Of a DNA stretch of 64,000 nt, positions 30,769-40,430 are shown in pieces. The DNA is from an uncultured Verrucomicrobiae bacterium (GTDB lineage Bacteria > Verrucomicrobiota > Verrucomicrobiia > Chthoniobacterales > UBA10450). Under the pieces are notes generated by a model. It saw only the letters and a program-made list of their open reading frames with translations. It ran no database searches and was not told the origin of the DNA. The position numbers and the translations under genes were made by a program. Position 1 is the stretch's first letter. Every line of letters starts with the position of its first letter. The stretch spans positions 1,088,001 to 1,152,000 of the forward strand of contig CAVSDR010000003.1 in assembly GCA_963726745.1 (NCBI GenBank), in the 5' to 3' direction.

Positions 30769-30785
30769 TAGCAGCCACGGTGCCA
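30769..30785 (-). promoter_or_regulatory. Sigma54 promoter of sRNA copy 2
   Basis: TGGCAC-CGTGG-CTGCTA; +1 predicted at 30759, the same base as in copy 1. Confidence 0.75.
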
Positions 30786-30809
30786 CGGCTTCCGAACCGC
30801 GAGAAAAAA

Positions 30810-32669
30810 CTACGTCTTGCCGGCAAAACTTTCCCACTCGGCGGTCACGCGTTCGAGTTCGGCCGCCACCCCGAGAAGCTCGCGGTTTAACTCCATCGCG
30901 TTTCCTCCGGCGTCGTAGGTTTCCGGCTTTTCCAACTGGGCGGTTAGTTCTTTCTGCCGGCCCTCCAGGGAAAGGATATGCATCTCGAGCTCGCGCGCTT
31001 TTTGTTCGTGCTCGCGCCTGGCTTTCGCTTCGGCCTTGCGCTGCTCGGCCTCGGCCCGGCGCAGTTGTTTCACTTCGCGCAGGCTCAGGTTTTCCGTCGA
31101 AGCGCTCGCCGCGGGTGCTTTCGGCGCGGTCGTCGGTTGCGCATTGCTCAAGGTCGTTCCGCTGGTCAGCGCGGCGCGCGCGGAAGTGGCGCGGGATTTA
31201 TCGAGGTAATAATCGTAGTCGCCCGCGTAGGGCGTGAGCTGGCCGGCGCTGATGTGCAGGACGCTCTTCGCGACGGCGCGGATGAAATAAACGTCGTGGC
31301 TGATGAAAATGAGCGTGCCTTCGTATTGCGCGAGCGCGCCGACGAGGGCGTCGATGCTGCCGATGTCGAGGTGCGTCGTCGGCTCGTCCATCAAGAGGAG
31401 GTTCGGCGGATCCAGCAGCAACTTCACCAGGGCGAGGCGCGTCTTTTCGCCGCCGCTGAGGACGGCGGTCGTTTTGAAAACGTCGTCTCCGCGGAAAAGG
31501 AAGGAGCCGAGGACGGTGCGCGCGGTTTGTTCCGAGACCGGGTTCGGCATGTCGCGCGCGGTGTCGAGCACGGTCATCATCGGCTGCAGCATCTCCACGC
31601 GGTGCTGCGCGAAGTAGCCGATCTTGACGTTGTGCCCGGGCTCGCGCGTCCCGCTTTGCACCGGGAGAACGCCGGCGAGGAGCTTGAGCAAAGTCGATTT
31701 GCCGGCGCCATTCGGGCCGACGAGGACGGTGCGCTGTCCGCGTTCAGCCTCGAAGTCTAACGACTCGTAAACCACGTGCTCGCCGTAGGCGTGGCGCACG
31801 TTCTCGAGCTTGATCACGCGATGCCCGCTGCGCGGCGGCTGCGGGAAGTGAAAGTGAACCGTCTTCTCGCGCGAGACCGGCGCCTCGATCTTCTCCATCC
31901 GGTCGATTTGCTTCAGTTTGCTTTGCGCCTGCGACGCTTTGCTTGCCTTCGCGCGGAACCGATCGGCGAAGGCCTGGAGCGATTGGATTTCCTTCTGCTG
32001 ATTCTTGTAAGCAGCGGCGTGCTGCTCTTCGCGCGCGGCTTTCTGCTCGACGTAGCTGTCCCAGTTTCCGCGGTAACGCGCGAGCCGCTTGTGCGCGATC
32101 TCGATGATCGAGCCGACGAGCTGGTTCAGGAACTCGCGATCGTGCGAGATCATGAGGATCGCGCCCGGATAGCTCTTCAAATATTCCTGAAACCAGACGA
32201 GCGACTCGAGGTCGAGGTGGTTGGTTGGTTCGTCGAGCAGCAACAAGTCCGGCTCCATCACGAGCAGCCGCGCGAGATGCGCGCGCATGATCCAGCCGCC
32301 GCTCAGTTCGCGCGCAGGGCGGTCGAAATCGCTCTCGCGAAAGGCGAGCCCGCTCAGGATCCGTTTCGCTTTCGGCTCGGTCTCCCAGTCGCTGTGCTCG
32401 TCGTAGTCGCCGCAGGCGAGCTTGAGCACGGTTTCCTCGCCGACGCTCGCGGTCTCCTGCGGGAGGAAGCCGAGCGTGGCCGATTTCTCGATCGAGACCT
32501 TGCCCTCGTCCGGCGAGGCCTCGCCGAGGATGAGCGAGAAAAGGGTCGACTTCCCCGCGCCGTTCGGGCCGACGAGCCCGATGCGATCGCCGCGATTCAC
32601 CTGCAACGACGCATCCTCAAAAAGGGTGCGCCCGGCGAAGGCTTTCGAGACTTGGGAAATGGTGAGCAT
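30810..32669 (-). CDS. ABC-F family ATPase with C-terminal coiled coil
   Basis: Two GPNGAGKST/LSGG/DEPT cassettes, no TM segment, RFRAKASKA linker. Confidence 0.93.
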   Translation of the reverse strand: MLTISQVSKAFAGRTLFEDASLQVNRGDRIGLVGPNGAGKSTLFSLILGEASPDEGKVSIEKSATLGFLPQETASVGEETVLKLACGDYDEHSDWETEPKAKRILSGLAFRESDFDRPARELSGGWIMRAHLARLLVMEPDLLLLDEPTNHLDLESLVWFQEYLKSYPGAILMISHDREFLNQLVGSIIEIAHKRLARYRGNWDSYVEQKAAREEQHAAAYKNQQKEIQSLQAFADRFRAKASKASQAQSKLKQIDRMEKIEAPVSREKTVHFHFPQPPRSGHRVIKLENVRHAYGEHVVYESLDFEAERGQRTVLVGPNGAGKSTLLKLLAGVLPVQSGTREPGHNVKIGYFAQHRVEMLQPMMTVLDTARDMPNPVSEQTARTVLGSFLFRGDDVFKTTAVLSGGEKTRLALVKLLLDPPNLLLMDEPTTHLDIGSIDALVGALAQYEGTLIFISHDVYFIRAVAKSVLHISAGQLTPYAGDYDYYLDKSRATSARAALTSGTTLSNAQPTTAPKAPAASASTENLSLREVKQLRRAEAEQRKAEAKARREHEQKARELEMHILSLEGRQKELTAQLEKPETYDAGGNAMELNRELLGVAAELERVTAEWESFAGKT

Positions 32670-32760
32670 TTTTGCGGGCGGGCAATGTCGCCAGCCACGC
32701 CCGTGGCGCAAGATTGCCGGCTGAAATTGCCGTCTCCCGGAAGCGGCCTTAAGGAAGCGA

Positions 32761-34881
32761 ATGACGCAACGCCTCTTCGCTTTCGCTCTCCTCTGTGTTG
32801 GCGCCGCTTTCGGGAAGGAGCCGGCGAAACCCTTTGATTATCCCAAGCCGCCAACAAGCGAGCAGACCGATGACTACCACGGCACGAAAGTGGCCGATCC
32901 GTACCGTCCGTTGGAGAACGCTGACTCGCCGGAGACGCGCGCCTGGATCGAGGCGGAAAACAAGGTGACTGAGGGTTACCTCAGCCAGGTGCCCGAGCGT
33001 GCGAAAATCAAGGAACGCCTGACCGCGCTCTGGAACTACGAAAAATTTGGCGTCCCGACGCGTGAAGGCGATCGCTATTTCTTCTCGAAGAACAGCGGCC
33101 TGCAAAACCAGAGCGTGCTTTATGTCGCGCCGAAGCTCCCGGCGACCGACGCGCGCGAGTTGCTCGACCCGAACACGCTCGCGAAGGACGGCACGATGGC
33201 GCTCACCGGCACCGACGTGACTGAGGACGGCAAGCTGATGGCCTACGGCCTGGCCGATGCGGGATCGGATTGGCAGAAGTGGAAAGTGCGCGACGTCGAG
33301 ACCGGGAAGGATCTGCCGGATCAGATCGAGTGGGTGAAATTTTCCAGCGCTTCGTGGAAGCCAGATGGCTCGGGATTTTTCTACAGCCGCTACGACGAGC
33401 CGAAGGGCGAGGAATTGAAGGCGGCCAACTTCAATCACAAGCTCTACTTCCACAAAATGGGCACGCCGCAGAGCGAGGACGTGCTCGTCTACGAGCGGCC
33501 GGATCACAAGGACTGGCTCTTCCAGGGGCGCGTGACGGATGACGGCGCGTATCTGATCATCCACGTCGCGCGCGGGACGGAATCGAAGAATCGCGTCTTC
33601 TATAAGGACCTGCGCGACCCGGAGGCGAAAGTGGTCGAGCTCCTGCCGAAGGAAGACGCGAAGTATGATTTCGTCGGCAACGACGGCGGCGTCTTCTGGT
33701 TCAACACCAACCTCGACGCGCCGCGCGGCCGGATCATCGCGATCGACACCGCCAAGCCGGACGCGATCAAGGAGCTGGTCCCGCAGACCGAGAACAAGCT
33801 CGAGAGCGTCTCGCTCGTGGCCGACAAGTTCGTCGCCAACTACCTGAAGGACGCGCATGCACTCGTTAGTCTGTATGACTTGAACGGGAAGCCGTCGGGC
33901 GAGATCGCGCTCCCGGGGCTGGGCGCGGCCGATGGTTTCACCGGCAAGCGCAAGGACAGCGAGACCTTCTATCGCTACGTCAGCTTCATCGCGCCGCCGA
34001 CGATCTATCGCTACGACTTCAAGACTGGGAAAAGCGAGGCGCTCTTCAAGCCGAAGGTCGATTTCAATTCCGACGACTACGTCACCGAACAGATCTTCTA
34101 CAAGAGCAAGGACGGCACGAAGGTGCCGATGTTCATCACGCACAAGAAAGGCGTGAAGCCGGACGGCAATAACCCCACGCTGCTCTACGGCTACGGTGGC
34201 TTCGACATCTCGGTCGTGCCGGAATTCCGTCCGGCGGTCGCAGCCTGGCTACAAGCGGGCGGCGTTTACGCTTCTGCGACTTTGCGCGGCGGCGGCGAGT
34301 ACGGCGAAGCCTGGCATCTCGCGGGCACGAAGTTAACCAAGCAAAACGTCTTCGACGATTTCATCGCCGCCGGTGAATGGCTGATCGCGAACAAGTGGAC
34401 CTCGACGCCGAAGCTCGCGATCAACGGCCGGAGCAACGGCGGCCTGCTCGTGGGCGCCGCGCTCACGCAACGTCCCGATCTCTGGGGCGCGGCATTGCCA
34501 TATGTCGGCGTGCTCGATATGCTCCGCTTCCAGAAGTTCACCATCGGCTGGGCCTGGGCGTCGGATTACGGCTCGTCGGATAATCCGGAGGAGTTTGAGG
34601 CGATCTACAAATACTCGCCGCTGCACAACGTGAAGCCGGGGACGAAATATCCGCCGACCTTGATCGTGACCGCGGATCACGACGACCGCGTTTTCCCGGG
34701 CCACAGCTTCAAGTTCGCCGCCGCCCTGCAAGCCGCGCAGGCCGGCGACGCGCCCATCTTGATCCGCATCGAGACGCGCGCGGGTCATGGCGCCGGCAAA
34801 CCGACTTCGAAAGTGATCGAGGATTACGTCGACCAGTTCACCTTCCTGGTGAAGGCACTCGAGATGAAGCTCGCGTTCTAA
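32761..34881 (+). CDS. Prolyl oligopeptidase (S9A), secreted
   Basis: DPYRPLE, YGYGGF, GRSNGGLL, ADHDDRV, AGHGAGKP catalytic triad motifs. Confidence 0.95.
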   Translation: MTQRLFAFALLCVGAAFGKEPAKPFDYPKPPTSEQTDDYHGTKVADPYRPLENADSPETRAWIEAENKVTEGYLSQVPERAKIKERLTALWNYEKFGVPTREGDRYFFSKNSGLQNQSVLYVAPKLPATDARELLDPNTLAKDGTMALTGTDVTEDGKLMAYGLADAGSDWQKWKVRDVETGKDLPDQIEWVKFSSASWKPDGSGFFYSRYDEPKGEELKAANFNHKLYFHKMGTPQSEDVLVYERPDHKDWLFQGRVTDDGAYLIIHVARGTESKNRVFYKDLRDPEAKVVELLPKEDAKYDFVGNDGGVFWFNTNLDAPRGRIIAIDTAKPDAIKELVPQTENKLESVSLVADKFVANYLKDAHALVSLYDLNGKPSGEIALPGLGAADGFTGKRKDSETFYRYVSFIAPPTIYRYDFKTGKSEALFKPKVDFNSDDYVTEQIFYKSKDGTKVPMFITHKKGVKPDGNNPTLLYGYGGFDISVVPEFRPAVAAWLQAGGVYASATLRGGGEYGEAWHLAGTKLTKQNVFDDFIAAGEWLIANKWTSTPKLAINGRSNGGLLVGAALTQRPDLWGAALPYVGVLDMLRFQKFTIGWAWASDYGSSDNPEEFEAIYKYSPLHNVKPGTKYPPTLIVTADHDDRVFPGHSFKFAAALQAAQAGDAPILIRIETRAGHGAGKPTSKVIEDYVDQFTFLVKALEMKLAF

Positions 34882-34886
34882 GCGCC

Positions 34887-35387
34887 ATGCAAAAAGTCCA
34901 CCTGAGCGAAGTCCCCGAGGACGAACGCCGTTCGCCCGGAGGAGAATTTCACAAGTTCTGCAAAGACATCTCGGTCGCGCTCGGGCGCGAGCCGAAGTCA
35001 TCCGATCTCGAGAAGCGGCACCCGTTCGACCTCGCGATGGTCCGGTTGCCGGAAGGCAAATCGTATTGCCCATATCATGCGGAGAGCGCGCAGTGGGAAC
35101 TCTACGTGATCGTGAGCGGCAAGGGGCGCATCCGCGATGCCAGCGGCACGCATGAGGTCAGCGAAGGTGACATCTTTCTCTTCAAGCCCGGCGAAGCGCA
35201 CAAAATCTCCGCCGCGGCCGATGGCGCGCTGGTCTATTACGTGATCGCCGACAACCCGGTCGGCGACTCCTGTTATTACCCGGACAGCGGGAAGTTCATG
35301 GTCCGGAAGGAAGGCGAAGAGGTGGTCGTGGTGAAAGGCAAAGAAGCCGATTACTACGACGGCGAAGAGCGCCCGGCGCAAAAATAG
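34887..35387 (+). CDS. Cupin domain protein
   Basis: PYHAESAQWELYVIVSGKG...FKPGEAH, YYPDSGK. Confidence 0.8.
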   Translation: MQKVHLSEVPEDERRSPGGEFHKFCKDISVALGREPKSSDLEKRHPFDLAMVRLPEGKSYCPYHAESAQWELYVIVSGKGRIRDASGTHEVSEGDIFLFKPGEAHKISAAADGALVYYVIADNPVGDSCYYPDSGKFMVRKEGEEVVVVKGKEADYYDGEERPAQK

Positions 35388-35430
35388 CCGGCAACTTCAG
35401 CGCTGCGGAATTCGCGCTCTCCCGTCTGGG

Positions 35431-35446
35431 GTAACAGCGGCGTTAC
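35431..35446 (+). promoter_or_regulatory. GTnAC-N6-GTnAC operator, near-identical to 41128-41143
   Basis: GTAACAGCGGCGTTAC, 68 nt upstream of ATG 35515. Confidence 0.55.
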
Positions 35447-35514
35447 GTCTCCCGTGTGGAGGACGCCCGCGCACTGGGGCAGAGTCGTTCGATCAAGGAA
35501 CTGAAGCGAAAACT

Positions 35515-36756
35515 ATGAAACACTTATTCAACCTATTGGGCGTCATCGTCCTCCTGGCCCTCACGGCCACGGGGACCCGTGCGGGCGAAAGCCGGCGCGG
35601 TTTTTACGAAGGGGATCTCGCGGGCAACGGCAAGATCGTCTTCTTCGTGCAGGCAAACGAGAGCCTCTCCGTTTATGCCTTCGACAAGGCCGGGCAGCAG
35701 GTGAGCTACGCGGGCGGACCGATCGCCAGCAACGGCACCTTTAGCCTGACGACAAACAGCAATCAGCCGATCGCCGGCACGGTCTCGCGGGACACGATCA
35801 GCGCGACCTTCCTGGGCCAAAACATCACCGCGCAGCGCACGAAGGTGTTCGGCAAAGGCGAGCATTTCTCCGGGCGCTTCACCACGACGGCGCGGAGCGA
35901 CAGCGGCGCCTCGCTGGATTTGAAGATTGTGATCGATGCGCAAGGAAACATCTTCCTCGTGACGAAACAGGGCTCCACCGTTTTGGGTGGCTTTGGAACG
36001 ATCACGCCGACGGCCTCGCCGAGCCCAAGCCCGAGTGCGACGCCTTCGGCCACGCCGAGGCCCAGCGCGACCCCAACACCAACGGCTTCGCCCACCCCGA
36101 CCGCCACGCCATCACCATCGCCAAGGCATGGCGACGACGATGACGAAGGCGACGACCGCGGCGGCGGCCGTCACGGCTCCGAGGATCGCGACGATGCGGA
36201 GGATCGCTTCGAAGATGCGAGCCAGCCGACCTTTAACGCCACCTTCTCGGTCACGTTGGTGACCGGCCAGTTGGTCACCGGCAATCTCACCTTCAGCCAT
36301 GGGCTGCTCATGGGTGACCTGACGTTGAACGGCGTGATTTACCGCTTCCGCGCGCCGCAGCAGTCGTCGGCCAATCGGCTGGCTAATATCGCCACGCGCG
36401 GTTTTGTGAACACCGGCCAGGGCCAGCTGATCAGCGGGTTCATTATTCGCGGCGGGCCGAAGCTGGTCATCGTGCGCGCGATCGGGCCATCGCTGGCGGC
36501 CAAGGGCGTGAGCCCGGCGCTGGCCGACCCCGTGTTGCAGCTCTTCAACGACGGCACGCTCGTGCGCGAAAATGACGACTGGCAAAGCGCGTCGAACGCG
36601 GACGACGTGATCACCAGTGGCGTGGCGCCGGAGAACGCGAAGGAAGCGGCGATCATGATCCGGCTGGAGCCGGGCGCTTACACCACCGTGGTCCGGGGCG
36701 CGAATGACGGCACCGGCATTGCCTTGGTGGAAGTCTACGAAGTCGCCCGCGACTAA
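35515..36756 (+). CDS. Secreted protein with Pro/Thr/Ser linker and C-terminal 'NIATR' domain
   Basis: Signal peptide, beta-rich domain, SP/TP repeats, RLANIATRGFV...VRAIGPSL...GIALVEVYE. Confidence 0.8.
   Translation: MKHLFNLLGVIVLLALTATGTRAGESRRGFYEGDLAGNGKIVFFVQANESLSVYAFDKAGQQVSYAGGPIASNGTFSLTTNSNQPIAGTVSRDTISATFLGQNITAQRTKVFGKGEHFSGRFTTTARSDSGASLDLKIVIDAQGNIFLVTKQGSTVLGGFGTITPTASPSPSPSATPSATPRPSATPTPTASPTPTATPSPSPRHGDDDDEGDDRGGGRHGSEDRDDAEDRFEDASQPTFNATFSVTLVTGQLVTGNLTFSHGLLMGDLTLNGVIYRFRAPQQSSANRLANIATRGFVNTGQGQLISGFIIRGGPKLVIVRAIGPSLAAKGVSPALADPVLQLFNDGTLVRENDDWQSASNADDVITSGVAPENAKEAAIMIRLEPGAYTTVVRGANDGTGIALVEVYEVARD
36001..36125 (+). repeat. Low-complexity Pro-Thr/Ser coding repeat
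   Basis: TPTASPSPSPSATPSATPRPSATPTPTASPTPTATPSPSP. Confidence 0.8.
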
Positions 36757-36781
36757 CGACCGCTTCACCGTCTAATCAAGG

Positions 36782-36817
36782 GAGCCCTCGCACGCTGGTG
36801 CGGGGGCTCTTTTTTTT
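36782..36817 (+). terminator. Intrinsic terminator
   Basis: GAGCCCTCGCAC-gctg-GTGCGGGGGCTC followed by T8. Confidence 0.85.
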
Positions 36818-36823
36818 AGCCGG

Positions 36824-37483
36824 CTACTTCTGGATGGTGTAACCGACGTGCCGCACGGTTTCGATCAGGGGCGGCGTGCCGAGCTTGCGCCGCAGCCGGC
36901 CGATGAAGACTTCCACCAGCTTGGTGTCGTATTCGTGTTCTCGTTCCCAGACGCGTTCGCACAATTCCGTGCGGGTAAAGACGCGCCCCGGCTCGCGCAG
37001 GAGGACTTTGAGCAGAGCGAGCTCGCGGCTGGAAAGCTCGATCGGCCGTCCGGCGCGCCGCACTTTTTGGTCGGCGAGATCGAGCTGGAGATCGCCCGCC
37101 TGCAGCACCAGCGCCGGTTCCTCCGCGTAGCGCCGGCTGAGCGCATGGACGCGCGCGATCAGTTCCTGCATCGCGAACGGCTTCGCCAGGTAATCGTCGG
37201 CGCCGAGCTGCAGCCCGGTGAGCCGGTCGTTTAATTCGCTGCGCGCGGTGAGCATGAGCACGCGGCTGCGGTTTCCGCCGGCCCGCAGGCGGCGGAGGAT
37301 TTCAAAGCCATCCGTTCCTGGCAGGCCTACATCGAGCACGATGAGATCGAAGGTTTCCCGGCCCGCCGCCGCCAACGCCGCTTCGCCTTCGTGCACCACC
37401 ACCGGGTCATGTCCCGCTTCGGTCAACGCAGAGGCCACATGGCGCGTCAGCCGCACTTCATCATCGATCACCAGGATGCGCAT
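36824..37483 (-). CDS. OmpR family response regulator
   Basis: MRILVIDDE, LDVGLP, GADDYLAKPF, LVEVFIGRLRRKL, ETVRHVGY. Confidence 0.92.
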   Translation of the reverse strand: MRILVIDDEVRLTRHVASALTEAGHDPVVVHEGEAALAAAGRETFDLIVLDVGLPGTDGFEILRRLRAGGNRSRVLMLTARSELNDRLTGLQLGADDYLAKPFAMQELIARVHALSRRYAEEPALVLQAGDLQLDLADQKVRRAGRPIELSSRELALLKVLLREPGRVFTRTELCERVWEREHEYDTKLVEVFIGRLRRKLGTPPLIETVRHVGYTIQK

Positions 37484-37491
37484 TTGGCTGG

Positions 37492-38682
37492 TTAAAAACG
37501 AACCGTGAGCTGGGTGGCGAAGACGTGTTGGTCCCGGTGCCCGTCGTCCCGCTGGAAATAGTATTCGGCTTTGAGCTGCACATGGGTCGTGAAGCGGTAG
37601 GTGAGCGCGGTCTCGACGCGGTCGGTTTCGCCAGCCCAGGCTTTCATGGTGCCCGGGAGGTCGCCGAAGAATTGCTGGTTCCAACGAACCGCGCCGAAGA
37701 GTTGCGGGAGGAATTTGTATTTTGCCTCGAGAAAATAGCCGACCGTCTCGGCGGTGCCGAGTCGCGGCACATCGAAGCGCGTCTCGTGCACTTCTGCCCA
37801 GAGTTGGAGGTGATGCCAGGCGAAGCTCACATCCTGCGCGAGGTGATCTTGCCGGTAATCGCCGAGGCCGCGCCCCGCAGGAAAGCTGGTGCGCGCGGAC
37901 GTCGAAAAGTAGCTCCCGTCGCTCGCGGAAAAGCCGAGATTCCACATCGCATTTGGCCGGAAACCGAGACGCGCGCTCACGGTGGGATGCTCGAAGCCGC
38001 GCTGCGTCGCGTCCCACACTTCCGGGCGGGACGAGAGGCTGGCGTTTTTTAATTCAGCGGCGTATTCGAAGCGCCCGAGCCGCCCGGCGACGGAAATGCC
38101 GGAGGCATAGCTCGGCCCCCAGATCACCGGGATATACTCGGCTTTTTCGTCGTGCAATTCGCCCCGGAACGGCAGCGCCGGGGCCTCATGATCTTCCAGC
38201 GGGAGGGCGCGTTCGTAGATCAGCGGCGCAGAGATGAAGGGATTGTCCCAGGCCAGGTGACGCTCAACCCAGCGGGCGACGACGGTGGCGAACTTACCGG
38301 CCTGCAGGCTCAACCGCCCGTCGCTCCACGGCGTGATCCGGAGCGCGTATTCATCCAGCCGGAGCTGCGCTCCCTCCTCGCGCGGATCGAAGTGCCGGTC
38401 CACCCGCGCCTGCGCAAAGAAATAGAGCGGCGCGCCCACTTGCGCGTCGAAAAAGAGAGTCAGCCGCGGATTGACGAAGCGATTTCCCCGCACGTCCAGC
38501 AGGCCGGGCGCGGCTCCGTCAAAGGCGTAATACTCCAGCTCCAGCGTGCCGCTCGCGCGGGCGCGGATTTGATCGTGAAAAGCGCTGAGCGTGAGCGCCT
38601 GGTCGAGCTGCTCGAGAATTTCCTGCCCAGGCAGCAGTCTCGTCGTGCCGAGGAAAAGCAGGACGAGCAGGCAGCGCTTCAT
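37492..38682 (-). CDS. Putative outer-membrane beta-barrel protein
   Basis: Signal peptide, amphipathic strands, C-terminal ATQLTVRF. Confidence 0.7.
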   Translation of the reverse strand: MKRCLLVLLFLGTTRLLPGQEILEQLDQALTLSAFHDQIRARASGTLELEYYAFDGAAPGLLDVRGNRFVNPRLTLFFDAQVGAPLYFFAQARVDRHFDPREEGAQLRLDEYALRITPWSDGRLSLQAGKFATVVARWVERHLAWDNPFISAPLIYERALPLEDHEAPALPFRGELHDEKAEYIPVIWGPSYASGISVAGRLGRFEYAAELKNASLSSRPEVWDATQRGFEHPTVSARLGFRPNAMWNLGFSASDGSYFSTSARTSFPAGRGLGDYRQDHLAQDVSFAWHHLQLWAEVHETRFDVPRLGTAETVGYFLEAKYKFLPQLFGAVRWNQQFFGDLPGTMKAWAGETDRVETALTYRFTTHVQLKAEYYFQRDDGHRDQHVFATQLTVRF

Positions 38683-40430
38683 CCGACTTCAGAAAGCGCC
38701 CGCTCCTTCGCCGGGCGGGACGCGGCCCGAAAACGTACTTCAAATTCCGTCGCCTCTTCGTCCGAGCGGGTGAGGCAGAGGTCGCCTCCCTGGAGCCGCG
38801 CGAGTTCGCGCGCGAGGTTAAGGCCCAATCCGTGGCCCGGGACGTTTTCGCCCACCACCCCGCGGTGAAACCGCTCGAAGATGTGCGGCTGGGCCGCGCG
38901 CGGAATCGGCTTGCCGGTGTTCTCCACCCCGAGGATGACGAACTCGCCCTCGTCCCGCGCCCAGACGCAGATGTGGCCATCTTGCTGGTTATATTTGCGC
39001 GCGTTTTCCAGCAGGTTTTGCACGATCAGGGTGATGTAGCGTTTTTCCCCGGCGACGTGCAATCCCGGAGGGAAATCGGTCTCTAGTTTTACGTGCAATT
39101 CGTCCGGGACCGCGCCCAGGTCGTCGATCCATTCCTCGAGCAGCTGCGAGAGATTGACCGGCTCGAATTGAATCCGGAGCTGCCCCGCATCCATCCGCGA
39201 GAGGAGAAGTAAATCGTCGACCACGCTGGTGATGCGATAGGTCTGGTGGAGCAAGGCGGAGAGTTCGTGGTAGAGGTCGGGCGGAAGATCGTCGCGCGCG
39301 AGCAGCTCATCGATGCCAGCCCGCAAGACGGTCACCGGCGTCTTCAATTGATGCGAAGCATCCGCGGAGAAACGCGCGGTGCGCTGGAGTTCTTCGCTGG
39401 TCGCTTCGAGGGCGGCCTCGGCCTCGCGCCGGCGGGTCCGTTCCTCGCGCGAAGCGACCGCCAGCGTCTCGACCGGTTTGGCCAGGCGCCCGGCGAGGAA
39501 GTGGCTGGCTAAAAGTCCCACGAGCAGGAGCCCGCCGCCGGCCCAGAGCACATGCCGGCGCAGTTGACGCTGGCGGGCGAGGGCATCGTGCAGCGGATAG
39601 AGTGCAACTTCATAGGCCGCCGGGAAGATCGAGCCGGGGTTGAGCTGTTTGAAGAAGATGAGGTGCGGTTCGCCAGCAATCGCCAAGCGAAAGCTGCCGC
39701 TGCTCGTTTTCGCCTGGGATTCCAGAGCGCGCAGCAAGGCAGGGCTGGCCTCGGGCGCCAGCCGCGGGAGGTCGAGTTTTCCTTCCGCCCAGATGCCGCT
39801 CGCGAGGCGGGCGCGTTCTTCACTCAGCGTTTCGGGGCGAAACCCGAGCACGATCGCGGAAATAACTTCGCCGCTCTCGCTCGAGAAAATCGGCACCGCC
39901 AGGATCTCCTCGGCCTCGCTGCGGTCCCCCGCGCTTTCGCGCAGGAGATAACCGCTTTGCGGTTCGGCAGGCAGCGGCTGCACTGCAATCCGGGCGGCTT
40001 CCCCCGGAGCCAGCTGCCCGACCTCGGCTCCCGGGGGCGGCGGCAGGACCGCGCCGGCGCGATCGAGGAAACGGTAAAAGCGAGCATGCAGGGAGCCGTT
40101 GGCGGTTGAAATCAGATCGCGCAGTTCGTCGCGCGCGCTCGGGTAAAGCAGATCGAGCGCGTTATCCTCCAGCGCCGCGTGAATCCGCGGCCGCTGGGTC
40201 AGCCGCCGGCAACGTTCCACCAGCGCCGCTTGCCGCACCTCGCGCACGCCATGAAGCGTGGCCAACTCGTTTCGGAAATCCTGCTCGAGATCGCGCGCCG
40301 CTTCCACCGCCACTTTGCGGTCCGCGAGGAACAGTCCCAGCGCGGTCAGCGCCGCCACCACCAGCATCATCGCCAGGAGAAAGCGGACCCGGAAAGGCCG
40401 CGGGCGCGGCGCGGGCGACGCGGGTTTCAC
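38679..40430 (-). CDS. Sensor histidine kinase with periplasmic domain
   Basis: Two TM helices, FSADASHQLKTP, NLLENARKY, FERFHRG, GHGLGLNLA. Confidence 0.9.
   Translation of the reverse strand: MKPASPAPRPRPFRVRFLLAMMLVVAALTALGLFLADRKVAVEAARDLEQDFRNELATLHGVREVRQAALVERCRRLTQRPRIHAALEDNALDLLYPSARDELRDLISTANGSLHARFYRFLDRAGAVLPPPPGAEVGQLAPGEAARIAVQPLPAEPQSGYLLRESAGDRSEAEEILAVPIFSSESGEVISAIVLGFRPETLSEERARLASGIWAEGKLDLPRLAPEASPALLRALESQAKTSSGSFRLAIAGEPHLIFFKQLNPGSIFPAAYEVALYPLHDALARQRQLRRHVLWAGGGLLLVGLLASHFLAGRLAKPVETLAVASREERTRRREAEAALEATSEELQRTARFSADASHQLKTPVTVLRAGIDELLARDDLPPDLYHELSALLHQTYRITSVVDDLLLLSRMDAGQLRIQFEPVNLSQLLEEWIDDLGAVPDELHVKLETDFPPGLHVAGEKRYITLIVQNLLENARKYNQQDGHICVWARDEGEFVILGVENTGKPIPRAAQPHIFERFHRGVVGENVPGHGLGLNLARELARLQGGDLCLTRSDEEATEFEVRFRAASRPAKERALSEVG

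Noticed and set aside
28944..30788. The duplicated element as CRISPR repeat, IS end or riboswitch
   Set aside because: Only two copies 1.7 kb apart, with no cas or transposase gene. Copy 1 has no downstream co-oriented gene, which excludes a cis leader.
32704..32718. TGGCGC-AAGA-TTGC (also TGGCAC at 2579) as sigma54 promoters
   Set aside because: GG-to-GC spacing is one base short of the strict requirement.
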